This document shows positions 36,211 to 46,364 of a DNA stretch of 64,000 nucleotides, piece by piece. The notes below the pieces were generated by a model. That model had not been told where the DNA came from. It saw nothing but the letters and a program-made list of their open reading frames with translations, and made no database searches. Positions within the stretch are counted from its first letter, which is position 1; each line of letters begins with the position of its first letter. The stretch is taken from the NCBI RefSeq assembly GCF_030028105.1, contig NC_092371.1:46738439-46802438 (forward strand), given 5' to 3'. A program made the position numbers and the translations under genes. Source of the DNA: Mobula birostris. Taxonomy: Eukaryota.

Positions 36211-37150
36211 TGTGGTCAGCTATGGCCAACCTTTTAGGATAACAGCTACACCACACAACTGCCTACCACCCACAGTCGAACGGACTAGTGGAGCCTGAAG
36301 TCGGCTCTCGTGGCCTGCCTGGAAGGGCCTAACTGGGTGGACGAACTTCCCTGGGTCCGGCTCGGAATCCGCACGGCGCCCAAGGAGGATCTGCACACCT
36401 CGTCAGCCGAGTTGGTGTACGGCGCACCCCTGGTCGTCCCAGGAGAGTTCATACCAGCCCCAAGGGGGCAAGAGGAAGAACCCACAGAAGTCCTGGACAG
36501 TCTACGTGAGAGGCTCGGTAACCTGGCCCCCATCCACACTTCACAGCACGGACAGATCCCGACCTGTGTACCCAAAGACCTGCAGAACTGTAAGTTTGTA
36601 TTCGTACGACGGGGCGGACACCGGGCACCGCTACAGTGGCCCTGCAAGGGGCCGTTTAAGGTGATCAGGAACAACGGATCCACGTTCGTGCTGGACATTG
36701 GGGGGAGAGAGGGGGTTTTCACGGTGGACCAACTCAAACTGGCCCATGTGGACTTGGCGCAGCCGGTCCGGGCTCAGGCACCGCGACGCAGGGGCAGACC
36801 TCCCAAACAGAGGCCGATCCAGACTGCGGACATTGGAGGAGGTATCGCTGGTTCTGGGGAGGGGGGGTGGGTTATGTGGCGACTCACTTTCTAGCACACA
36901 TGAACTGGCGCGCACTGACAGAGAGGCCAGCCTCAAAAAGGGCGCCAGGCCATCTTCACCAGCAGGGGGAAAATCCCGTGTGCGGAAAGGGTCTGGGAAT
37001 ATGCATTCCCCACAGCAGTCCCGCCCAGGGAGGGCGGGAACAGGAAGGCTTTAAAGCATGCCGCGAAGTTTGAATAAATCTCTTTTATTGCAACTCCAAC
37101 TCACCGACTCCGTGTGGTTATTCTAGTGCTGTGTGTAGCACACCGCTACA
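36211..37150 (+). mobile_element. Gypsy remnant: integrase C-terminus, PPT and one LTR (36875-37150)
   Basis: QLHHTTAYHPQSNGLVE, then ORF 36310-36894 with WVDELPWV, SSAELVYG and KGPFKV. G-rich PPT; LTR tgtggcg...cgctaca. GTGC at 36207-36210 and 37151-37154. Confidence 0.92.
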
Positions 37151-37449
37151 GTGCCACCTTTCAGAATCCAGGACTTCTTTTCCTTCATAATCTGACATTA
37201 GCAAGGAAATAATTGGTTTGGCATTTATCTATTCATCAGATCGATTTATCTTGATCCATTAAAGTTTGGGAGGCAAGTGGCAAGGTGATGTCATTCCATT
37301 CTTGCATGCTTCTTTGCAAGATCCTCTTAATTCATTTGTACCGAAAGATTGATTTTGCTAGATCCAGCTAACTTACTGCTGCTGAGTAAAAGTTCTCTGC
37401 TACATTGTAAAGTTCCCCTTCACTAATTTTCACATTCCCAACTAAACAT

Positions 37450-37660
37450 TACAAGAATATAAAAAATCTGCATGTGGTGGAAATTTGAAATAAAAATAGA
37501 AAATGCTGCAAACAGGTTATAGTGTCTGTGGAAAGAAAAATGGAGGTATTGCTTCAGTTCAAACTGTACTGATGAAAAATGCCCAAAGTAAGATACTAAT
37601 TTTGCTTCTCTGGAATGCTGAAATTGAGTAGATCCAGCACACTCTATTTATTGCAGAAGT
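37450..37660. mobile_element. Very old inverted Penelope pseudo-LTR remnant
   Basis: Minus-oriented tail (aaatctgcatgtggtggaaatttgaaataaaaatagaaaatgctg), then plus-oriented ctgatgaa...tccagca. Confidence 0.45.
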
Positions 37661-37716
37661 TGCCAGAGTATCTTAGTATCTGATGGGACAAGGTTTTCTC
37701 AGAGCTTCCTTGCTGT

Positions 37717-38570
37717 TGTTACGTACCCCGTAAATGGGTTGTCAAACCAACAGAAATGGAACACTCGTTGGAGTCTATGGTTACTAGAAACTAATAAAGT
37801 TTTATTAAAAAATAAGTAATACAGTACACTAACCGCAAGGATATCAATGTAACAGGTTAGCAATGATAGTCTACACATATACACAGAAATAGGGTAATAG
37901 GAATCAACCAAGCTCTATCGCAGTCTAGGGGTAAAATGATCGGTCTTAAAGTGAAGTAGAGTTCAGTTCAGTCTAGTGTAGTTTGAAGTAATCGCTGTTG
38001 TTGTACCATTGGAGAGAGAAAGAGAGAGTGAGAGATACTGTTGAGGTTTCAGGCAAACCTTTCAAGGCCTTCTGATCCCGTTGTGGTCACCAACTGTCAC
38101 CCCTCTGTTCCGGATGCGATCGTCCTTCCGTGGTGAACCCGGCACCCAGGCAAGGGTGGACACACAACAGGTTCCCACCGGTCGTACCTTTACACCCTGT
38201 GAGCCTCTGACCGATTTCCGCGAATCGGTCCTCCAAACCCCCACCAACTTGTGGGGCACAATGCTCTTTCCAGGGTCTCGTGGCGCGTGTGCTGGGCCTT
38301 AGCAAATCCGCTATTTTATCCCCCCGCCCCCCCCCCCCCGGATGGGGTATCACCTGTCCATCAAACTTCACACTTCATATTGTCTCAGGAGGATTGTTAA
38401 TGGACAGTTCAGGTTCAGAGCAAACTGTCTGTGGCAGACGCCAACATACTGAATTATGTGTCTCTCTCTTCTCTCTTATTAGCATTTTGAATGGCTCTCC
38501 TTTGTCTCTCGTTATCTCTCTCTCATTAACAGCATCCGTTTTGCAGCTCTGCTTGGCTTCACACATGACA
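37717..38570 (-). mobile_element. Solo LTR related to the Gmr1-like element at 52128
   Basis: Left end tgttacgtaccccgtaa is the reverse complement of that LTR's 3' end ttacggggtacgtaaca. Internal blocks are shared. 854 bp, TG...CA ends, flanks ctgt/ctat. Confidence 0.88.
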
Positions 38571-38879
38571 CTATGTTTACTTGAAGAGCATGGATTAGCA
38601 GTGAACCCACAGTCAAAAAATAGTTGTTTTCCATTTTTTCCTGGAAGAAAATATTTATTTGTCAGCAAAATTAAGCTTCTGTTAGGTACAAAAGCAGTAA
38701 AAGATGCTTATCAATATTGTTGAGCAATTTTCTTCCAATAGCAAATGTGTTTTTAGTCCTTCAAAGATAAACATAACTCTGTCCAGCACTGGTCCAAGTG
38801 CTGGCACCCATGTTTTCCAGTGTTCCAACAATTTTATAATGCTCTAGGTGCATAAATTTGCATAAGTCTTTCAGTGTAA

Positions 38880-39595
38880 TTGGAATTAGTTTATTGGAAT
38901 TGGTTTATTGTTGTCACATGTACTGAGGTACAGTGAAAGGCTTGTGTTGCATACTGTTCATGCAGATCAATTCATCACACAATGCACTGAATTTGAACAA
39001 GGTAAACAATAACAGAATGCAGAAAAAAGTGTAACGGCTAGAGAAAGAGCAACATAGGCAGGACAAAAAGGTGCAAGATCATAATGGAGTAGATTGTGAG
39101 GTCAGGAGTCCATCTTATCATACGAGGGAACCATTCACTAGTCTTATAACAATGGGGTAGAAGCTATCCTTGAGTCTAGTGTTATGTGCTTTCATGCTTT
39201 TGCATCATCAGCCCAATGGGAAAGAAACAAAAAGAGAATGTCTGGGAGAATAGGGTCTTTGATTATGCTGGCTGCTTTACTGAGGCAGTGAGAAGTATAG
39301 ATGGAGTCCATGGAGGGGAGGCTGATTACCATGATGTGCTGAATTGTGTCCACACTCCTTTGCAGTTTTTTTTTTCTGATCACAGCTTTCCATACCAAGC
39401 CAAAATGCATCCAGATATACTATATGTTTTGTGTGGTGCAGTGATAAAAATTTGTAAGTGTCGATGGAGGCATGCCAAATTTCATTAGCTTCCTGAGGAA
39501 GTAGAAGTATTGGAGAGTTTTCATGGCAATGCTGTCTACTCGATATTCACTCCTAAGAACTTGAATCTCTCAAGCTGAGCACCATTGAAAAGTAA
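38880..39595 (-). mobile_element. Rex1/Babar-type LINE 3' fragment
   Basis: Minus strand reads LERFKFLGVNI, KKLQRSVDTIQHI and AASIIKDP; tail aataaaccaattccaataaactaattcca. Confidence 0.8.
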
Positions 39596-40919
39596 AGACT
39601 TACAAACGTTTACAGCAAAGCCAATTATGAACAATACGAGGAGCACAAGCAATGCCAAACATCTCTTTCTTGTTTGATTGCAATTTTGACTATTCATTGC
39701 TATTCCCAGCTTGCTCAGCACCACTAAGATTTTTATTTGTTATGTCTGCACAAGATTGAACAAACTTTTCACTGAGATACTTTTTCTCAATCAGTTACTG
39801 AAGAAACTTGCATTGTAAGTCAAATGCTTCACTTTGTAGAGTAGTAAAATCCATGACAGCTGTTTTCATCTTGGTCATTAGAAGAAAATAAAACACCCAA
39901 ACTGGGAACATCTTGTAATCTGCTTTATTTAATGCACCCAAACTAAGTATGATAAGTGAACTCTCTGTTAAATCAGACAATAGATATGGAGTTAGCTATG
40001 GTGCCAATATCTTCCAAATGATCACTTGAAATTTTGTCCACATGATTGAAAATTTCGATCAATAAAGTTCTTTTAATGAACTGCTTTTTTAAATCACTAA
40101 ATAATGGTGCACAGAATAGTGAGAAAATAGCCTCTCACTCATGATCATCTTCTGTATTTTGCTCTTTATAAAAAAATGAAACCCTTGGGACTATATGCAA
40201 TTTGTTCAGTGTCCTTGTGATTCTTTGTTCAAAGTGCTGAACAACACCACTTCAGCCACCACAAGAGAGATTGCAATATGTCCTTGACATAGCCAGCAAA
40301 TTACACTGTTGTCTGCAACTAACTGGTCTTTCTTCAAAAACTTGAATTCTTTTTGAAGGTTATTGTTCAAAGGAGCGGCACACTTTCGTGACATGCCTGC
40401 AATGTAATAAAGTTTGCATTGCCTGAAGCTTAATGTGGTGTGAGCGTAGTTGTTGAGAGCAATGAATGTTCAAAGTTCAAAGTTTAAAGTAATTTCATTA
40501 TCGAACAACACATATATATATCACCATTTACAGACATATTTGTTTTCTTGTGGGCATATTTATAAATCCATAATAGAATGATAACCATAATAGAACCAAT
40601 GAAAATCCGCACCACCTTGGGCATTCAACCAGTGTGCAAAAGACAATAAACTGTAAATACAAAGAGAAAGAAATAATAATAATAATAAATAAACAATAAA
40701 TACTAAGAGCAGGAGATGAACAGTCTTGAAAGTAAATCCATTGGTTGGGAGAACATTTCAATTATGGGGCAAGTGAAGTTGAGTGAAGCTGTCCCCTTTG
40801 GTTTGAGACATTGATGGTTGAGAGGTAATAACTATACCTAAACCTGATGGTGTAAGTCCTGAGGCTCCTGTACTTCCTTCCTGATGGCAGCAGTAAAAAG
40901 AAAGCATGTAATTGAAAAA

Positions 40920-41577
40920 CAAAAACACGAGGAAATCTGCAGATGCTGGAATTTCAAGCAACACACATACAAATTGCTGGTGAATGCAGCAGGCCAGGCA
41001 GCATCTCTAGGAAGAGGTACAGTCGACGTTTCAGGCCAAGACCCTTCATCAGGACTAACTGAAGGAAGAGCTAGTAAGAGATTTGAAAGTTGGAGGGGGA
41101 GGGGGAGATCCAAAATGATAGGAGAAGACAGGAGGGGGAGGGATGGAGCCAAGAGCTGGACAGGTGATTGGCAAAAGGGATATGAGAGGATCATGGGACA
41201 GGAAACCTAGGGAGAAAGAAAGGGGGAGGGGGGAAGCCCAGAGGATGGGCAAGGGGTATAGTGAGAGGAACAGAGGGAGAAAAAGGAGAGAGAGAAAAAG
41301 ATTATGTGTATATTCATAAATAAATAACGGATGGGGTACGAGGGGGAGGTGCAGCATTAGCCGAAGTTAGAGAAGTCAATGTTCATACCATTAGGTTGGA
41401 GGCTACCCAGATGGACTATAAGGTGTTGTTCCCACAACCTGAGTGTGGCTTCATCTTGACAGTAGAGGAGGCTGTGGATAGACATATCAGAATGGGAATG
41501 GGACATGGAATTAAAACGTGTGGCCACTGGAAGATCCTGCTTTCTCTGGCGGACAGAGCATAGGTGTTCAACGAAAC
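40920..41577 (-). mobile_element. Penelope-like element, 5'-truncated
   Basis: Reverse-complement match to 2180-2825 (GIY-YIG C-terminus, UTR, hammerhead). Confidence 0.9.
41021..41056 (-). ncRNA. Minimal type I hammerhead ribozyme
   Basis: Minus strand agtc-CTGATGA-agggtcttggcct-GAAA-cg-TC-gact; core intact. Confidence 0.8.
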
Positions 41578-42107
41578 AATGTCCTGGGTGGTGGGGTGGG
41601 CTTTAACCATAACGGACTGGGCTGTATCCACTACTGTTTGAAAGATTTTCTGTTCAATGGCATTGGTCTTTCTATACCAGGCTATGATGCAGTTAGTCAG
41701 TATACTATTTACCACACATCTATAGAAGCTTATCGAAGTTTTAGATGTGAAGCCAAATCTTTACAAACTCCTAAGGAAGTAAAAGCTCTGCTGTGCTTTC
41801 TTTGTAATTGCACTTACGTGCTGGGCCCAGGATGGGTCCTCCAAAATAATAACACGGAAGAATTTACATTGCTGAGCCTCTTCACCTCTGATCTCTTGTT
41901 GAGGACTGGCTCATGGATCTCTGGTTCCTCTTCCTGAAGTCAATAATTAGATCTTTGGTCTTGCTGACATTGAGTACGAGGTGTTATTATTGCACCACTC
42001 AATCAGATTTTCAATCTCCCTCCTATTGTAATGAGCTCTTTGGGCCTCTGCGGGGAGCTGGAGAGTTTTGGGCTCTGTAGTTTCGAGAACACGTATTGGT
42101 TATTTGT

Positions 42108-42853
42108 ACAACACACATCAAAGTTGCTGGTGAATGCAGCAGGCCAGGCAGCAACTCTAGGAAGAAGTACAGTCGAAGTTTCGGGCTGAGACCCTTCATC
42201 AGGGCTAACTGAAGGAAGAGCTAGTAAGAGATTTGAAAGTGGGAGGGGGAGGGGGAGATCCAAAATGATAGGAGAAGACAGGAGGGGGAGGGATGGAGCC
42301 AAGAGCTGGACAGGTGATTGGCAAAAGGGATATGAGAGGGTCATGGGACAGGAGGCTCAGGGAGAAGGAAAAGGGGGAGGGGGGAAAAACCCAGAGGGGT
42401 ATAGACAGAGGGACAGAGGGAGAAAAAGGAGAGAGAGAGAGAAAGAATGTATGTATATAAATAAATAACGGATGGGGTACGAGGGGGAGGTGGGGCATTA
42501 GCGGAAGTTAGAGAAGTCAACGTTCATGCCATCAGATTGGAGGCCACCCAGACAGAATATAAGGTGTTGTTCCTCCAACCTGAGTGTGGCTTCATCTTTA
42601 CAGTAGAGGAGGCCGTGGATAGACATATCAGAATGGGAATGGGATGTGGAATTAAAATGTGTGGCCACTGGGAGATCCTGCTTTCTCTGGCGGACAGAGC
42701 ATAGGTGTTCAGCAAAACGATCTCCCAGTCTGAGTTGGGTCTTGCCAATATATAGATGGCCACATCGGGAGCACCAGATGCAGTATATCACCCCAGCCAG
42801 CTCACAGGTGAAGTGTCGCCTCGCCTGGAAGGACTGTCTGGGACCCTGAATGG
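42108..42853 (-). mobile_element. Penelope-like element with a nearly complete GIY-YIG domain
   Basis: ORF 42498-42791: IYCIWCSRCGHLYIGKT..RLGDRFAEH..HFN..H..EQHLI. The C-terminal endonuclease is followed by UTR and hammerhead. Confidence 0.92.
42171..42206 (-). ncRNA. Hammerhead ribozyme motif, mutated
   Basis: agcc-CTGATGA-agggtctcagccc-GAAA-ct-TC-gact: core boxes kept, but stem I has a mismatch and the ACGT palindrome is lost. Confidence 0.55.
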
Positions 42854-42926
42854 GACACCTACGCTCTGCAGAAAGAGGGTATCAAAATAAAAATGACAAA
42901 ATGGATTAAAAAAACACAGTTCCTGC

Positions 42927-43504
42927 TGTTATAATCTCAGTTTACTTTCAGTCCACACACTTATTACATATGTAGTATGAAAATAAATAAAAGAAAATAT
43001 ACAAAACCAGTATATACAAAACTTCCAAACACATAATGGATAGACCCTGAAATGAGTTCTCCTTGCTCATGCTACGTGAACAGAGATTAACACATTCACA
43101 TTCGGTCATAAAACAACAAAGTAATACAAAAATAAACTTTTATGATATATTGCCTTGTAGTTAAGTTACTAGAAAGACTAACCTACCAGGCTGATAAAGA
43201 AGTTTGCAAAACCACGCTATCCAGCGCTGATATCTTACTCATGAAAATCTAAAGCATCCACGCGTAAATCATGTCAAATTACCAATATTCAAAATTTACA
43301 AACCAGTATAAATGAACTTACACAGATATTATCAAATATTATTCACCTTTCCTCACCATACTGCCAGCACTCGACGTTCTGTCTAGAACCTTGCAATTCT
43401 TCTTTCCACTCCACAGGTGCATAATGACATCACAGTTTTCTCTTAAAGGCATAGGCAGCTATTTTCGCATTACCAGGGTGAATACGTAAGTGCACACTTT
43501 AACA
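42927..43504. mobile_element. Possible solo LTR of an unrecognised family
   Basis: Ends tgttata...tttaaca form a short inverted TG...CA terminus. It lies inside the interrupted LTR above. No TSD seen. Confidence 0.35.
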
Positions 43505-46131
43505 ATAAAAGATTATATTCAGTAGTCACCTGGCTACATAAGTGAACACACGATTAGCTCTAATCACAGGGTCCTAGTTCTGAGAATGTTATGTCCATTG
43601 GTGTCGCATGGCCATGCCACCAATGTTCTGTTGGAATTCTTATGAGTAAACTCTGGTCACCGTCTCTACATTGGAGTCTGTCTTTCCTTCACATTTGGGT
43701 CCTGAGATTGCCAGTGCACATTGTGACAGAAGGACTCTGCCAAGTAATGTACCCAGAGGAGGATTTACAGTGGCATTTTGACATGGGATAGCTTTAGGTC
43801 TGAATGCAATCCATTCTCAAGTTCCCATTTTGAGTTTCTCAAGTCCATGTTCCGAACTTCTCTAGTGTACATTCAGGCTTTTTCCAGGTCTAAGCATCTT
43901 AGTTGAAGCATTCAAGTTCTCAAGGTTTTCAAGGTCGTCAACATAATGTCATAAGGTTCTCAAAATCAACAAGGCTTTCCAGATTTCCCATAGCACTCTA
44001 TCTTTCCAATGGCCCTCCAGATTTCCAACGTTTACTCAATGGTTCCAAGCTTTATTCAATGCTTCAAAAGTTTCTTCAATGCTATCCCACTCGTAGTTTA
44101 CAAGTCCCTCTTGAGGTTTTCCAAGACCCTCTCGAGGTTTTCTAGGTCCCTTTTGAGTTCTCCATGTCCCTTGAGGTTCCCCTTGATCTCAGGTTTTTGG
44201 GTCTCCAGAGTCATCTCTGGATCTAGGTTTTCAGTTCTCTTTGGGCCATCAGGTGCCAGCCACAGGGAGGAGGTTACTATAATGAGCTTTTCAGGCCTGT
44301 GCAGGGAGCTGGAGAGTGTTGGGCTCCTAGGGTTTCAGAGCACCTGAGTTGGTTAAATGTAGTTTAAGGAGAGTCATTAATCGTTTAGAGTTCCTTGTGT
44401 TTTTGTTGAGTGACTCACTCTTTGTAAAGTGGTCTCCTGGTGCTTTTCTTTCAACTTGTTAAGATTATTTTGGTATGCTTGGGGAATTCCATGCTCCTTA
44501 TATTATTTAAGTGGACACCTGATTAGCATTAGTGGTGGAGTCCTAGTTTTGAGAATATTATATCTCGTAGTGTTCCTTGAACACAAATGTTCTGTTGGAA
44601 TTATATTTACATCTGAGTTGTTTTTACCTTCATACTTGATTCCTGACATTTCCAGTACATATCATAACACCTATATGTTGACATGCTTCATGACTTGCAG
44701 TAAAATTATTTATTATGAGCCCAACAAGGTTTTATTATTTACATAGTATTGCAGGACCCCCGCTTATTGCTGTGTTTGTTTTAGGAACATAGCAATTTTG
44801 TAAATTACAGTATACTTTATTGTGAAGTGCAATAGACAGTAGTAATCACAAAAATACTGAACAATTTGCCACTTCTTGTAAAAAGTCAGGACATTTACAT
44901 TATAGTTTAAATATGGGCCTATTCTGGTAAAAGTGAGATATGCAGTCACCTTACCCTAGTCTAGTGTTGAGGTTCTCACTGAGTTATCTTTCTTGCTTTT
45001 CTTTCTCACCATCTGCACTGAGTGAAATCTTATCATCAGTAACTTTGTTCGCCATCTCCTCCAGGGTCATGGCCCTCCCTCACTCCTCTTTCTCTCATCA
45101 GTGGCACCACTTCCCTCTATAAACTTGACTATGACATATTTAGCCCATCAATCTTTATTGTATTACTCTTCACCCACACCTCCTCTTCTCCATCCGACCT
45201 CTGATTTCTTCTATGACCCCACTTAGAAAGAACGCTATTTGGAATCCATCATATCACATCCGCAGTCCTCTGGCCTTTGGTGGTCCTTTTTCACAACAAT
45301 CCTGCAACTACTTTGCACATTCTAACATCCACCTTCCATTTAGACCAATTACGCAGTGTACTCCCCATACACTGGATGGATGTGTTTTTGTCTCTGCTTT
45401 CTTTATATGTTTGATCTGGATTTGAAAATGTTAGCTGACAGCAGGCCAGAAGCAAGTACACTTGTCTCACAAGTATATTGTTACAAGTTTAAGCCCCGAG
45501 CTGGCACCACATTGTTCTGTCATTTCATGCCTTGACTGCTGAAAGGAAATGAAGTTCCTTGTTACTCTACAACACACATTTGTTGTCAGTTAAAAATGAC
45601 GAAACACAACATCAGCTGTGCTTGTAGAGACATTAATGAACTAGAGAGAGTCTTGGAATGAAGGACAATGCAAGCCACGTGCAGTGAGAATCCAGATATA
45701 TGGAAATTTCAAAAAAATTGTTTGGCCTGAGATTGGAAGACTTTCATCAAATGAATGGGGATATCTATGATGTGTGTAAAACTCAGAGATCTATGGGGAA
45801 AATGAATTGCACATATTGTGACTTCCAGAGACTTGATAAAAGTAGATGACTGAAGTCTATTTTCTTTTCATGGTTCATGTTGAACTCTGTCCTTCAACGA
45901 ACTGTTTATCATCTAAATTGGGATTTTTATTTTCACAGAAATAACGATTTTCAATCTTGCTGCCTTCCTTGGTCACAAAGTTTATGAGAATGACCAAGTG
46001 GGCTTCACTTTAATCTTCACAACTACTTAGAACAAGGCCAGAAAATGTTTGCAATGAACAAATAAATTTATTCCCTTACAAAAAATGCTGGTGAACACAG
46101 CAGGCCAGGCAGCATCTATAGGAAGAGGTAC

Positions 46132-46167
46132 AGTCGACGTTTCGGGCCAGGACCCTTCATCAGGACT
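46132..46167 (-). ncRNA. Minimal type I hammerhead ribozyme
   Basis: Minus strand agtc-CTGATGA-agggtcctggccc-GAAA-cg-TC-gact; intact. Confidence 0.85.
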
Positions 46168-46328
46168 AACTGAAAGAAGAGATTTTGCAAACCCTTTTTG
46201 CAAAGAGGTTTTGCCAATCAACTTTCCAGCTCTTAGCTCCATCCCTCCCCCTCCTGTCTTCTCCTATCATTTCGGATCTCCCCCTCCCCCTTCCACTTTC
46301 AAATCTCTTACTATTTCTTCTTTCAGTT

Positions 46329-46364
46329 AGTCCTGACGAAGGGTCCAGGCCTGAAACGTTGACT
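46329..46364 (+). ncRNA. Minimal type I hammerhead ribozyme (GUU triplet)
   Basis: agtc-CTGACGA-agggtccaggcct-GAAA-cg-TT-gact. Confidence 0.75.

Larger units (their letters stand above)
36010..40450 (-). pseudogene. Fossil hAT-superfamily transposase interrupted by four insertions
   Basis: Minus-strand translation across frameshifts gives MSRKC..NNNLQKEFKFLKK..VICWLCQGHIAIS (BED-like finger), SLGALNKADYKMFPVWVFYF, SCADITNKN, FGIACAPRIVHN (CxxH position), LGPVLDRVMFIFEGLK and ERWHNILQEL. Family assigned from remembered motif order; no TIRs identified. Confidence 0.72.
40470..42026 (-). mobile_element. Rex1/Babar-type LINE 3' fragment hosting later insertions
   Basis: Minus strand SILTNCIIAWY...QTVVDTAQS; tail (actttga)n at about 40470. 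Interrupted at 40912-41577 and at 42027. Confidence 0.8.
42027..44669 (+). mobile_element. Old non-autonomous (TRIM-like) LTR element with an interrupted 5' LTR
   Basis: TSD cctat at 42022-42026 and 44670-44674. 5' LTR pieces 42027 to about 42107 and about 43510-43728 are homologous to the 3' LTR at 44278-44669. Purine tract agggaggagg precedes the 3' LTR. Internal region only about 550 bp. Confidence 0.75.
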
